This document shows positions 1-10,051 of a stretch of DNA of 64,000 nucleotides, in pieces; the stretch's first letter is position 1, and every line of letters begins with the position of its first letter. The position numbers were made by a program, and so were the translations under genes. The stretch lies in the NCBI GenBank assembly GCA_013334825.1, contig JAAXWR010000002.1, positions 34,025-98,024 on the forward strand, given 5' to 3'. The DNA comes from Candidatus Yonathbacteria bacterium (lineage in GTDB: Bacteria; Patescibacteriota; Minisyncoccia; Phycocordibacterales; JACNGX01). The notes below the pieces were generated by a model, which was given only the letters and a program-made list of their open reading frames with translations, made no database searches and was not told the origin of the DNA.

Positions 1-581
1 CGGTGTGGGGTGGTCCAGCATATCCCGCGGCACTTTGTGCATCGGTAAACAAAGAAGTTGTGCATGGTGTTCCTCGCGCGGACAGGATACTTGAAGAAGG
101 TGATATCATTGGGCTTGATCTTGGACTCACGCATGACGGACTTGTTTCCGATAGTGCTATCACTGTTGCTGTGGGAGAGATTTCTGCGGAGACACAGCGA
201 CTCATGGACGTTACAAAAGAGGCAACATATGCTGGTATCAAGGCAGCTGTCGCCGGCGCGCGTGTAGGTGATATCGGTCATGCGATAGAGGATGTTGTAA
301 AGGAAGCGGGTTTTTATGTTATGGAAGATCTTGGTGGACATGGTGTGGGGCATCATGTGCATGAGGCGCCTGTTATCCCCAATTTCGGTACTCCGGGGAA
401 AGGTCCACTTCTCCATGAGGGGCAAGTGCTCGCTATTGAAGTCATGACTGGAGCGGGGACAGGAAATGGAAGGACATTGAAAGACAAATTTACCTATGTG
501 ACGAAAGACGGGTCAATGTCTGCTCACTTTGAACATACGATTGTGGTAACGGATACGGGAGGGGAGGTGCTGACTAAATAG
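1..581 (+). CDS. map: Methionine aminopeptidase type I, 5'-truncated by the window edge (frame 3, stop at 579-581)
   Basis: Translation matches MetAP-I conserved blocks (…HGVPRADRILEEGDIIGLDLG…, HHVHEAP, metal-ligand context). The ORF runs off the 5' edge. Confidence 0.85.
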   Translation, partial: VWGGPAYPAALCASVNKEVVHGVPRADRILEEGDIIGLDLGLTHDGLVSDSAITVAVGEISAETQRLMDVTKEATYAGIKAAVAGARVGDIGHAIEDVVKEAGFYVMEDLGGHGVGHHVHEAPVIPNFGTPGKGPLLHEGQVLAIEVMTGAGTGNGRTLKDKFTYVTKDGSMSAHFEHTIVVTDTGGEVLTK

Positions 582-927
582 AAAACGTGAAGTAAGCACA
601 CAGATGCGTTTTGAGGTAGGAATATGAATGTAGGGACACTCGAATCAAGAATTAAGGGTTACGAAGTACGAACTTATACGAACATACGAAACTGGACGGG
701 ATGAAGGGTTACGAAGTATGAACTTGTACGCTTGTCCTGCACTCTACGTGGACTGCTGTGCATCCTACGTGGTGCACAGTGCACAGTTCAGGGAACATAC
801 GAATACTACTCAACATGATAGATTCTTCTCAATAGTCCGTGTTCGTATGTTCGTACTCGTTCGTACTTCGTAACCGATCTTGCAACTTAACACTCGCAAC
901 TCACCATTCATTTGGTATACTATATTC

Positions 928-3693
928 ATGGAACAAGGCACGATTGAACGGCAACATTTTACTAATCCTGAAGAAGAGATTGCGTTTTTGCGTAGGCAAC
1001 TTGCTGAACGTGAGTCGTCACTAGAACGCCCTGCGTCTCCTGAAGAACGTGAACAATTTGCTGAAGAAACAGTACGCGCGTATGAAGCGCTTCCTGTTGA
1101 GGAAGTCATTCTCCCCGAACAACGCATGACCCCTGAAGAGACAGAGGGAATTGTGCTTGAGTTATCTCCTGAAAACCATGATAAAACAATGGAAGATTTA
1201 CTCGGTTTTATTATCGAAAAAGGACTCAAAAATACCTTGGGTATTGTAGAGCGCATGAACAACCCGCATATCGCTGATGATTTTCATCGCTTTCTCGTAC
1301 AATATATTCGTCATACACCCGAGTTACCTGATGTTCGTCGTGATGTACGTCTCAAAAAAGCACTTCATATGTGTTTGTATGAAGTAACACTTCCTGATAT
1401 CGGTACACGTGAAGAAGGAAATAAAGCATTTAAAGAAATTATTTCATCTATGGAACAGTTTTATGCGGGCATGATGTCAATTTCCGAAGATAAAGAACCA
1501 ATCCCAGGGAAAGATTTTTTCTCCATAGAAATAGCACAATCCGATGCCCGTTCCGATGTCGTGTTTTATGTTTCCGTACCGACAGAAAAAGCGCTCATGT
1601 TTGAAAAGCACATGGAAGCCGTTTTTCCAAAAGCACGTATTGAAGAAAACAAAGACGACTATAATATTTTTAGTGAAACAGGTGCAGCGGCGGGTGCATG
1701 GGCGCGTCCATCGCGAAGTTCTGTCTTTCCTATTCGTACGTATGACGCATTTGACCATGACCCGCTTGATATCATATTAAATAGTTTTTCTAAGCTCAAA
1801 AAAGATGGTGAAGGTGCCGCAATACAGCTTGTTGTCTCGCCCGCGGGGAATACCTTTGTGAAGCGATACGGGAAGGCACTTGATGATATTCGTAAAGGTG
1901 TGTCAGTAAAACACGCGACTGATGTTCCCCGTGATTTAGGTGGCGATGTTGCCAAAGGTCTCAAGGAAGTGGTGCTCGGTAAAGGACTTCCCAAGAAGCA
2001 TGAAGATGGTATGAAGACGCCTGAAACGGATCAGTCAGCAGTTGAACAGATTTCCAAAAAAGTAGAAAGCACTATTTTTGATACTAATATACGTCTTGTC
2101 GCATCTGCGGAAACAGTGGCGCGCTCAGAGGCAATTCTCGCTGATTTGCAGTCGTCTTTTCATCAGTTTACAAACGCGCAAGGAAACGGTTTTGTGTTTG
2201 TGCGTGAACAAGGACGTGCGCTCAATCGTCTTATCAATGAATACACCTATCGTACATTTGACACGAGTGAGAGCTTTCCGCTCAATCTGCGTGAAATGAC
2301 AAGTATTATACACATGCCTGCGCATCAAGAGAATGCACCGCTGTTGAAACGTGCAAAAGCAGGGAGCGCGCCTGCTCCCATGGAACTTGGAAATGAGGGG
2401 ATTGTGCTCGGAGTCAATCGGTATCGCGGAGATACTAAAGAAATTCGTATGTCACCCGAAGACCGTTTGCGCCATTTCTATGTCATTGGACAGACGGGTA
2501 CTGGTAAAACGACCCTGCTCAAAAACATGATTGTGCAGGATATTAAGAATGGTGATGGTGTGTGTATGATTGATCCGCATGGCTCGGATATTCAAGATAT
2601 TCTTGGACAGATTCCTCCTGAACGCGCCAAAGATGTGATTTATTTTGACCCTGCATATACTGACCGACCGATGGGACTTAATATGCTTGAATATGACACA
2701 CGTTTTCCTGAGCAAAAGACATTTGTCGTGAATGAACTGTTGGCTATTTTCAAAAAATTGTATGGTGCGGTGCCAGAAAGTATGGGTCCTGCATTTGAAC
2801 AGTATTTTCGTAATGCCACGATGCTTGTGATTGAAGATCCTGCAACGGGTAACACACTGCTTGATGTGTCGCGCGTACTTGCTGATGCGAATTTCCGTAA
2901 ACTAAAATTGTCGCGGTGTAACAACCCTATTATTGTGCAATTCTGGAGAGAGATTGCGGAGAAGGCAGGAGGGGAAGCATCTCTTGCGAATATTGTGCCG
3001 TATATCACCAACAAGTTTGACGTCTTTCTCGCGAATGAAATTATGCGTCCGATTGTCGCGCAAGAACATTCTGCGTTTAATTTTCGTGAAGTGATGGATG
3101 GGCGTAAAATTCTTCTCGTCAATCTTTCAAAGGGACGACTTGGAGATGTGAATGCGAACCTCATCGGTCTTATCATTGTGGGCAAAATCTTGATGGCTGC
3201 ACTTTCGCGTGTGGATACTGTAGGACGCGAAACACCCCCGCCGTTTTATTTGTATATTGATGAATTTCAAAATATTACCACCGATTCTATTTCCACGATT
3301 TTGTCTGAGGCACGTAAATACAAATTGTCGCTTACGATTGCACATCAATTTATTGCACAATTAGAAGACAATATTCGTGATGCGGTGTTTGGTAACGTGG
3401 GGTCGCTCGGAGTGTTTCGTGTAGGAACAGAAGATGCGGAGTTTTTGGAAAAACAATTCGAACCTGTCTTTTCGGCGACGGATATTATCAAAATCGACAA
3501 CAGAAATGCATATATGAAAATGCTTGCCGATGGTCGTCCTGTGAAGCCATTTAACATGGAAACACTTGCTCCCGCGGTACCGCGTGTGGATTTGGCAGAC
3601 AAAATTAAAGAGTTGTCATATTTGCGATATGGGCGTGATCGTGCCGAGGTGACAGAAGAGATCATGCGGAAGTATAGAAAAAGCGAAGCATGA
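928..3693 (+). CDS. Large P-loop ATPase of the TraD/TraG/VirD4 (type IV coupling protein, FtsK/HerA superfamily) type, with an uncharacterised roughly 500-aa N-terminal region
   Basis: Walker A 'VIGQTGTGKTT', Walker B-like 'FYLYIDEFQN', and the overall C-terminal architecture resemble T4SS coupling and DNA-translocating ATPases. I take the start at ATG 928 (MEQGTIERQHF), downstream of the repeat block. Confidence 0.65.
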   Translation: MEQGTIERQHFTNPEEEIAFLRRQLAERESSLERPASPEEREQFAEETVRAYEALPVEEVILPEQRMTPEETEGIVLELSPENHDKTMEDLLGFIIEKGLKNTLGIVERMNNPHIADDFHRFLVQYIRHTPELPDVRRDVRLKKALHMCLYEVTLPDIGTREEGNKAFKEIISSMEQFYAGMMSISEDKEPIPGKDFFSIEIAQSDARSDVVFYVSVPTEKALMFEKHMEAVFPKARIEENKDDYNIFSETGAAAGAWARPSRSSVFPIRTYDAFDHDPLDIILNSFSKLKKDGEGAAIQLVVSPAGNTFVKRYGKALDDIRKGVSVKHATDVPRDLGGDVAKGLKEVVLGKGLPKKHEDGMKTPETDQSAVEQISKKVESTIFDTNIRLVASAETVARSEAILADLQSSFHQFTNAQGNGFVFVREQGRALNRLINEYTYRTFDTSESFPLNLREMTSIIHMPAHQENAPLLKRAKAGSAPAPMELGNEGIVLGVNRYRGDTKEIRMSPEDRLRHFYVIGQTGTGKTTLLKNMIVQDIKNGDGVCMIDPHGSDIQDILGQIPPERAKDVIYFDPAYTDRPMGLNMLEYDTRFPEQKTFVVNELLAIFKKLYGAVPESMGPAFEQYFRNATMLVIEDPATGNTLLDVSRVLADANFRKLKLSRCNNPIIVQFWREIAEKAGGEASLANIVPYITNKFDVFLANEIMRPIVAQEHSAFNFREVMDGRKILLVNLSKGRLGDVNANLIGLIIVGKILMAALSRVDTVGRETPPPFYLYIDEFQNITTDSISTILSEARKYKLSLTIAHQFIAQLEDNIRDAVFGNVGSLGVFRVGTEDAEFLEKQFEPVFSATDIIKIDNRNAYMKMLADGRPVKPFNMETLAPAVPRVDLADKIKELSYLRYGRDRAEVTEEIMRKYRKSEA

Positions 3694-3933
3694 ATCAAGA
3701 AGCACGAAGCAAGAATAAACGATGAAGGGAGGGAATAGAAGTTGGGAACATGGAGAAAGAATGATTTCTCAGACATCCGCACGACACGGATGCGGTTCTC
3801 AGAACAAGTAGCGTCTATTTTTTAAGAACTACGAACTACGAACTAAGAACTATGTAGGGTGTATGGCAAGCTTCCAACTCATATGCTATGATACCGGCAT
3901 ATTTATCCGTTATTTCACCAGAGTATTTTACAT

Positions 3934-4542
3934 ATGTCCCACCCTAAAGAAGAACGCACACTTGTTATCATAAAACCCGATGGAGTTCAACGATCTTTGA
4001 TCGGCGAGATTATATGTCGATATGAGAGGGCGGGATTAAAGCTGGTTTCCCTTAAGATGGTTATTCCTGATGAGCAAATAGCAACCAATCATTACATGGT
4101 TGGTGGTGAGGAGTGGCTTGAAAATGTAGGAAAGAAGGCGACCGAAGCCTATGCTCGAAAGGGAGAGAAGCCCCCATTTGCAACACATCGTGAGAATGGT
4201 CTTGCTGTCCTCAAGTCTTGCTCAACATATCTCTCAGCTGGCCCCGTCATTCCGATGGTGTGGGAAGGAAATCAGGCAGTTGGTGTTGTGCGTAAGATTA
4301 CTGGTAGCACAGAACCACTTTCTTCTGATGTGGGAACAATTCGCGGTGATTTTACCGTTGATTCATATAAGATTGCAGATATGGCTCAACGCGCTGTGCG
4401 TAATCTCATCCATGCATCTGGTTCTGTAGAAGAAGCGGAAAAAGAAATTGCTATCTGGTTTAAGGAAAACGAAATAGTTTCGTATCGTCATTTGCAAGAA
4501 GCAATTCTTTATGATGTAAATCTTGATGGTATTATTGAGTAA
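3934..4542 (+). CDS. ndk: Nucleoside diphosphate kinase
   Basis: Canonical NDK N-terminus 'ERTLVIIKPDGVQRSLIGEII…' and active-site His context. A 10-bp perfect-stem terminator hairpin follows at 4572-4596. Confidence 0.9.
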   Translation: MSHPKEERTLVIIKPDGVQRSLIGEIICRYERAGLKLVSLKMVIPDEQIATNHYMVGGEEWLENVGKKATEAYARKGEKPPFATHRENGLAVLKSCSTYLSAGPVIPMVWEGNQAVGVVRKITGSTEPLSSDVGTIRGDFTVDSYKIADMAQRAVRNLIHASGSVEEAEKEIAIWFKENEIVSYRHLQEAILYDVNLDGIIE

Positions 4543-5086
4543 AAGAATAGAAAACAATTATAAACAACAACGGGACGGGGCGAAAGCCCCGTCCCGTATT
4601 CGTATGTTCCCTGTAGCACGTGGGGTGCAGGGCAAGCGTACAAGTTCGTACTTCGTAGCCCGTCTCTAGTACAGCGTAGGGTGCAGGGCAGGGCGTAATT
4701 TTTAATTCAGCATTCATAATTTATACACAGTTTCCTTTTTCTCATGTTGTATCGTGTGTTCGTTCTACGAACTAAGAACTACGAACTACGAACTTGTGTT
4801 CGTCCATGTTCCACTACACCAACTTTTCTCATGCTTGTCATGCTTGCGTATCTTTTTTCGAGAATTATACTGATAGGGGGTTGCTACGGGTATTTTCTAG
4901 GACAAATCGTTTTTTCAGGGAGTCCGATGTTACTGCGCGCTTTGGTGCGTATGTTCAGGACACCCACCTGGCAATACGCTAGGGAATGCCCGGTTTATGC
5001 AACCCCTCAAAAGTCGTCCATCGTTCTTTCCAAGAATGCTGGACGTTTTTTGTTTGTTCTTTTCTTTCCTGTGATATACTTGTTGT

Positions 5087-5533
5087 ATGAAACGCCCTCT
5101 CCTCGGCATTGTGATGCTTGCTCTCGTGTGGTTGATATTCATTTTGAATACTCTCGCATTTGAACATTATTGGTATTGGATATATGAATGGTTTGATATA
5201 CCAATGCATTTTTTGGGAGGATTTTGGGTTGGAGGAACTATTATATGGATACTCGGTACATTTCTTAAACGTCGTTTTGCGTCCACACGTGGCGGATATC
5301 TGTTATCTGTTGTGGGTCTTGCGATGGTCATCGGGCTTCTTTGGGAACTGTTTGAATTTAGTATTGATACGTTTATCACATTTCACATGAATGATATCAT
5401 TGATACGCTTTCTGACCTCTCGATGGATTTTTTGGGAGCAACGGTTGCGCACGTGCTTTTTTCTCGTCAAAAGGATACGCCTGCACTCACTCCCCATGAA
5501 GAATCATCTTCTGTTGATACGCTGTTGGGATAA
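5087..5533 (+). CDS. Hypothetical integral membrane protein (3-4 TM helices)
   Basis: Hydrophobic helices in the translation. No recognisable catalytic motif. Confidence 0.45.
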   Translation: MKRPLLGIVMLALVWLIFILNTLAFEHYWYWIYEWFDIPMHFLGGFWVGGTIIWILGTFLKRRFASTRGGYLLSVVGLAMVIGLLWELFEFSIDTFITFHMNDIIDTLSDLSMDFLGATVAHVLFSRQKDTPALTPHEESSSVDTLLG

Positions 5534-5556
5534 TATATTGGTATCATTATTTTTTT

Positions 5557-6930
5557 ATGTCTTCTACACTTACTCTTACGTTTGCCGGTGGCGCTGGTTC
5601 AGTTACTGGCGCAAATTTTCATCTCACTGATTCTGTGTCGGGTATGCAATGTCTTGTTGATTGTGGACTTTTTCAAGGTGCATCGACGTCACTTCCGAAA
5701 AATGTTGAACCGTTTTCATACGTTCCTGCTGATATCGCATTTCTTTTTGTTACACATAGTCATATGGATCATATTGGACGCATCCCGCGTCTCGTAAGAG
5801 AAGGATTTCATGGTGTTATCCGTTCCACTCCCGCGACGAAGGATCTTGCGTATGAGATGCTGAAAGATAGTTTGTCTGTGCTTCGCTCTGAACAACGGAA
5901 GACTGGCATCGAACCTCCCTATGATGATGAGGACATTGAAGGGGCAATGCGTTTATGGGAAGGTGTTGAATATCATCAAGACATACCTATTTCAGGTGGT
6001 CTTGTTGCTCGATTATATGATTCGGGACATATTCTCGGATCTGCTATGGTATCGTTCACGCGTGAAGGAAGAACACTGGTTATTACTGGTGATTTAGGCA
6101 ACTCTCCTGCACCTATAGTCCGTGATACGGAAGTATTGCCAGAGGCGCACTATCTGGTGATGGAAAGTGTGTATGGCGACCGTAACCATGAAGACCGCGA
6201 TGGTCGTACAGAACTGCTTCGTTCTCTCATCCTTGAAACAGTAGAAAAAAAGGGAACGCTTGTTATCCCCGCATTTTCTTTGGAGCGTACGCAAGATGTG
6301 CTTTTTGAAATCAATAATTTTGTCGAGTCGCATGCGATTCCCAATGTCCCCGTATTTATGGACTCACCGCTTGCAATACGGGTCACGTCTATTTATCGCA
6401 AATATGAACGCTATTATAATGCCGATGTAAAAAGTGTCATAAAGAGTGGTGATGATATTTTCAAATTCCCTCATTTGTCATTTACTGAAACCCGTGAAGA
6501 GTCGGAGCGTATTAATAGTATTCCGGGGCCGAAAGTAGTTATTGCGGGTTCTGGAATGTCCAATGGGGGACGTGTGCGTCATCATGAACGTCTGTATCTT
6601 CCTGATGCAAAGAACACGATTCTTCTTGTGGGGTACCAAGTACCAGGGTCGTTAGGACGACAGCTTCTTGAAGGTGCAAAAAAGGTGCGGATATTTGATA
6701 CTGAAGTACCTGTTCGTGCGCGTATTGCTTCAGTAAATGGATATTCAGCGCACAAAGATATGGATGGACTTATCGCCTTTGCTGCACAAGGAGCAAAAAC
6801 ACTAGAAAAAGTATTTGTGACACTTGGTGAACCGCGCTCTTCGATGTTTCTCGCGCAACGACTTCGTGATTATGCTGATCTCAATACGCATGTTCCTGAG
6901 GATGGTGAAACAGTAACACTCGCACTATAG
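5557..6930 (+). CDS. Metallo-beta-lactamase/beta-CASP family RNA-processing nuclease (CPSF/RNase J-like)
   Basis: MBL motif 'VTHSHMDHIG', beta-CASP region and C-terminal His motifs. At 457 aa it has no KH domains. Confidence 0.8.
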   Translation: MSSTLTLTFAGGAGSVTGANFHLTDSVSGMQCLVDCGLFQGASTSLPKNVEPFSYVPADIAFLFVTHSHMDHIGRIPRLVREGFHGVIRSTPATKDLAYEMLKDSLSVLRSEQRKTGIEPPYDDEDIEGAMRLWEGVEYHQDIPISGGLVARLYDSGHILGSAMVSFTREGRTLVITGDLGNSPAPIVRDTEVLPEAHYLVMESVYGDRNHEDRDGRTELLRSLILETVEKKGTLVIPAFSLERTQDVLFEINNFVESHAIPNVPVFMDSPLAIRVTSIYRKYERYYNADVKSVIKSGDDIFKFPHLSFTETREESERINSIPGPKVVIAGSGMSNGGRVRHHERLYLPDAKNTILLVGYQVPGSLGRQLLEGAKKVRIFDTEVPVRARIASVNGYSAHKDMDGLIAFAAQGAKTLEKVFVTLGEPRSSMFLAQRLRDYADLNTHVPEDGETVTLAL

Positions 6931-6949
6931 GTGTGGTATCATATAGAGT

Positions 6950-7525
6950 ATGAATGATACGCGTATCACGTCTCATACACAAAAACGTCCCACGATTTTT
7001 GTATCGGGACCATCTTCTTCGTGTGATGCTGACACGGCAGGGAAGGGACGTGCGCTTGGACATGCGATTGCACGTGGGCAAGCAATACTTTTGACAGGAA
7101 CGGGGAATGGTTTTGCGAGGTATGTTGCAGAAGGTGCAATGTCCGAAGGAGGAACGGTCATAGGACTATCACCCGCATCAAACGTTGAAGAACATACATC
7201 ATTGTATGGTCTTTCCACGTTGTATCACGATACTATTATATACACAGGATTTGGCTATGCGGGACGAGATATGCTTTTGTCGCGTTCAGCAGATGCCATG
7301 ATTGTGGGATCAGGTGATGTGGCACATGCATATGATATTATGCTTCTCCTCCATGAAAAGAAACCCTGTGGTGTACTTGAGGGACCATGGCTTCTTGATG
7401 ATACACTCAAAGAATTATTTACGCGTTCTGGGCGTACACGTGAGGGAATGGTGTTTTCGCCAGATTCAGAAACGCTTGTCACGCGAATACTCGAAGAGAT
7501 ACGCATGACGCGTATGCGCGCGTGA
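6950..7525 (+). CDS. TIGR00725/LOG-like Rossmann-fold protein
   Basis: Pattern 'IFVSGPSSS…GHAIARGQAILLTGTGNGFARYVAEGA…MIVGSGDVAHAYD' is typical of the LOG/TIGR00725 family. Confidence 0.55.
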   Translation: MNDTRITSHTQKRPTIFVSGPSSSCDADTAGKGRALGHAIARGQAILLTGTGNGFARYVAEGAMSEGGTVIGLSPASNVEEHTSLYGLSTLYHDTIIYTGFGYAGRDMLLSRSADAMIVGSGDVAHAYDIMLLLHEKKPCGVLEGPWLLDDTLKELFTRSGRTREGMVFSPDSETLVTRILEEIRMTRMRA

Positions 7526-7534
7526 GAAGTACCT

Positions 7535-8119
7535 ATGAACGATCTCGACCGTATTGCTGACGATATTCGTCTCTGTCACAAATGCCCATTGGCACAGACA
7601 CGCATATGTGCTGTCCCAGGAACAGGAAGTGGAAAAAGCGATATCGTCTTTATTGGTGAAGCTCCTGGTGCGCGTGAAGACCGTGAAGGATTGCCATTTA
7701 TTGGTGCTGCGGGGAAATTTCTTGATGAAATGCTTGCGGATATTGCGCTCTCTCGTGCCGATGTGTTTGTTACGAACGTCGTGAAATGTCGTCCACCGGA
7801 CAACCGTGACCCGCTTCCTGAAGAAGTGCGTATCTGCACAGAAGCATATCTCTGGAAACAGTTGGAAGTGCTCAAGCCAAAACTTCTCGTGCCACTTGGT
7901 CGGCATGCCATGCACCGTTTTCTCCCAGTAACAGAAAAAATAAGCGAGATACACGGCACGCCTGTTGGTATTACAAACCCTCTGTCAGGAGAGAAATATG
8001 TTGTTCTTCCGCTCTATCACCCCGCGGCAGCGCTCTATAACGGGAGTATGCGGGAAGTACTCAAGCGTGATTTTCGCGAAATACCGAAGATGATTGAAAA
8101 GATGAAATATGAAAAATGA
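7535..8119 (+). CDS. udg: Uracil-DNA glycosylase family 4 (Fe-S type)
   Basis: Motifs 'CHKCPL…', 'GEAPGAREDREGLPFIGAAGKFLDEML' and 'VVKCRPPDNRDP' match family-4 UDG. Confidence 0.85.
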   Translation: MNDLDRIADDIRLCHKCPLAQTRICAVPGTGSGKSDIVFIGEAPGAREDREGLPFIGAAGKFLDEMLADIALSRADVFVTNVVKCRPPDNRDPLPEEVRICTEAYLWKQLEVLKPKLLVPLGRHAMHRFLPVTEKISEIHGTPVGITNPLSGEKYVVLPLYHPAAALYNGSMREVLKRDFREIPKMIEKMKYEK

Positions 8120-8317
8120 AATATGTATAAAAAAGCGCACGAACTGCCGCCCGCACTTTTCCTGAGTAAAAAGGGTAATAATTTCCTAGTCATCCGTAGG
8201 ATCAATCAGAATATATTATAATTATAAAAAATCACATGTATTATTTGTGTATTATTAGATTTTTACTTTTTTGGTTTGAATATGAACTAATTGAGTGGCG
8301 CCATCTGACGCCTTTTT

Positions 8318-8348
8318 GTAAAAAGAAAAACACGCCATCTGGCGTGTT
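8318..8348. terminator. Bidirectional rho-independent terminator between convergent udg (+) and rplT (-)
   Basis: Hairpin AAAAACACGCCA-TCT-GGCGTGTTTTT flanked by an A-run and a T-run. Confidence 0.7.
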
Positions 8349-8384
8349 TTTCTTTTGTCTGAAATTTAAAATAGTGCGTGGCTT

Positions 8385-8732
8385 TTATTTCTTTACAGCC
8401 GTTACAATACGAGCAAATGTTTCTGGGTTTTCATGCGCCATTTCTGAAAGCATTTTGCGATTGAGTGTGCTTCCGTATGCTTTGAGTGCACCCATAAACG
8501 CACTGTAGGACATGCCATGTTCACGAACCGCGGCATTGAGACGTACTTGCCAGAGACGGCGGAAGTCATTTTTCTTGTCGCGACGGTGGGCAAATGCATA
8601 ATTGCCTGCGTGAGCAATCGCTTCACGTGCTTGACGCTCTTTCGTGGAGCGACCAAAGCGATAACCCTTCGTCATTTTCAAGACGTTACGGCGACGCTTC
8701 ATTGAAATGGTACCTCGTTTAACTCGGGACAT
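8385..8732 (-). CDS. rplT: Ribosomal protein L20
   Basis: 'MSRVKRGT…RRNVLK…GYRFGRSTKERQAREAIAHAGNYAFAHRRDKK' is canonical L20. Confidence 0.9.
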   Translation of the reverse strand: MSRVKRGTISMKRRRNVLKMTKGYRFGRSTKERQAREAIAHAGNYAFAHRRDKKNDFRRLWQVRLNAAVREHGMSYSAFMGALKAYGSTLNRKMLSEMAHENPETFARIVTAVKK

Positions 8733-8793
8733 GATAGTAAATTAAATAGTAAACAATAATATAAATAAACGATTTTGTGTTACCTCGTACAGG

Positions 8794-8982
8794 TTAGTCG
8801 AGATTTGACAAGTAACGGCGTTTGGCACGGGTTGTTAAAGCAAGTGTGCGACCTCCTTTCTTTTCGAGTTGAGAGGAGCGTGACGCTTTGGCATTAAAGT
8901 GATTGATGCCCGAACCACGGACGATCACTTTGCCTGTTTTGGTCGTTTTGACCCGTTTTTTGAATGATTTGTTGGTTTTCAT
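8794..8982 (-). CDS. rpmI: Ribosomal protein L35
   Basis: Internal start 'MKTNKSFKKRVKTTKTGKVIVRGSGINHF…' matches L35. The longer upstream ORF extension is non-coding. Confidence 0.8.
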   Translation of the reverse strand: MKTNKSFKKRVKTTKTGKVIVRGSGINHFNAKASRSSQLEKKGGRTLALTTRAKRRYLSNLD

Positions 8983-9013
8983 GATGATATGTAACAATTG
9001 TCCGACTACTGTA

Positions 9014-9559
9014 TCATACTTGTTTACCTTTTTCCAGTACCAGAGAAAGTCCTTTTGGGCTTTTCTTTGCAGGGTCGGCAATGCGGTAGGGTACAGAAAT
9101 AAGTACAAGAATACGGTCGAGGCGTTCTTTGAGGAATTCTTCTTTCATATATTTTGCGCGTCCAGCGAGGAAGAGATCCAATTTAACACGATGTCCTTCG
9201 GATAACCATGCAGAAATACGTTTTGCTTTGAGCGCGAGGTCATGGTCGCCTGTACCGATTTTGACTTGAACCACTTTTGTTTCGGTTGTATGTGCTTTGC
9301 TTTTGACGTCGCGCTGTTTTTTGCTCTGTTCGTATTGGTATTTTCCGTAGTCAGTGATGCGTGCAACAGGGGGAACAGCATTCGGCGATACTTCAATAAG
9401 GTCAAATCCGAGTTCATGGGCTTTGCGTACAGCCTCTAGTGTATCCATGACACCGAAGTTTTCTCCTTCGGGACCAATAACGCGTACCTCAGGAACACGA
9501 ATTTCTTTATTGAGGCGGGTACGTCCCGCGGGAATTTTTTGTGGAGGGTAATCACTCAT
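9014..9559 (-). CDS. infC: Translation initiation factor IF-3
   Basis: '…EIRVPEVRVIGPEGENFGVMDTLEAVRKAHELGFDLIEVSPNAVPPVARITDYGKYQYE…' is IF-3. infC-rpmI-rplT sit in the conserved operon order. Confidence 0.9.
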   Translation of the reverse strand: MSDYPPQKIPAGRTRLNKEIRVPEVRVIGPEGENFGVMDTLEAVRKAHELGFDLIEVSPNAVPPVARITDYGKYQYEQSKKQRDVKSKAHTTETKVVQVKIGTGDHDLALKAKRISAWLSEGHRVKLDLFLAGRAKYMKEEFLKERLDRILVLISVPYRIADPAKKSPKGLSLVLEKGKQV

Positions 9560-9710
9560 CTATTGAAAAAAGCCCGCTTTTCGCAAGCTCTCGTCAATCA
9601 TATAAGAAAGAGAGTAAAGAGTCAATAGCCCCTGCGCCAAGGAGGATGCAGGGCGGGCTTGTTTGGAGTAAGGAAACAAAACAATATGCCGCGCTTCGCG
9701 CGGCATCCGT

Positions 9711-9905
9711 CTATTGTAAATTATATTCCTCATCTCCTTTTAGTGCTTTTTCTCGTAAAGCTCTTTCAGCGTCCTCAGCCGCTTTTCGTTTTCTATACAA
9801 CTCTTCATCTTCTGCTGAGCCGACGAATGCGATATGTGCGTCAATTTCTTCTGCATCGTTCAGCGCATCATGTATAGCTTCATCGTGAAAAGGTTGTGTT
9901 TCCAT
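9711..9905 (-). CDS. Small acidic hypothetical protein (about 64 aa)
   Basis: ORF with a plausible internal start 'METQPFHDEAIHD…'. No homology recognised. Confidence 0.35.
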   Translation of the reverse strand: METQPFHDEAIHDALNDAEEIDAHIAFVGSAEDEELYRKRKAAEDAERALREKALKGDEEYNLQ

Positions 9906-10051
9906 GATATGGGGTGTTGATTGATAATACTGTAGATGATACTTCTGTATATAGTATATATCACGAAACATATCTACGCGCAATATGTTGAATGGTGATA
10001 CTATATACATATACTATGACAGTACGAGACACGCAGATATATAAGCGGAGT

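Noticed and set aside
600-880. A CRISPR array in the repeat-rich intergenic blocks (also at 28005-28340, 41777-42115 and 56207-56530)
   Set aside because: The repeats are heterogeneous words in a fixed order, not identical direct repeats separated by unique spacers of uniform length. No cas genes are present.
4744-5163. 139-aa ORF overlapping the repeat block upstream of the membrane protein gene
   Set aside because: It is translated through (GAACTAC)n and other intergenic repeats and overlaps the better-supported 5087-5533 gene in another frame. It is likely non-coding.
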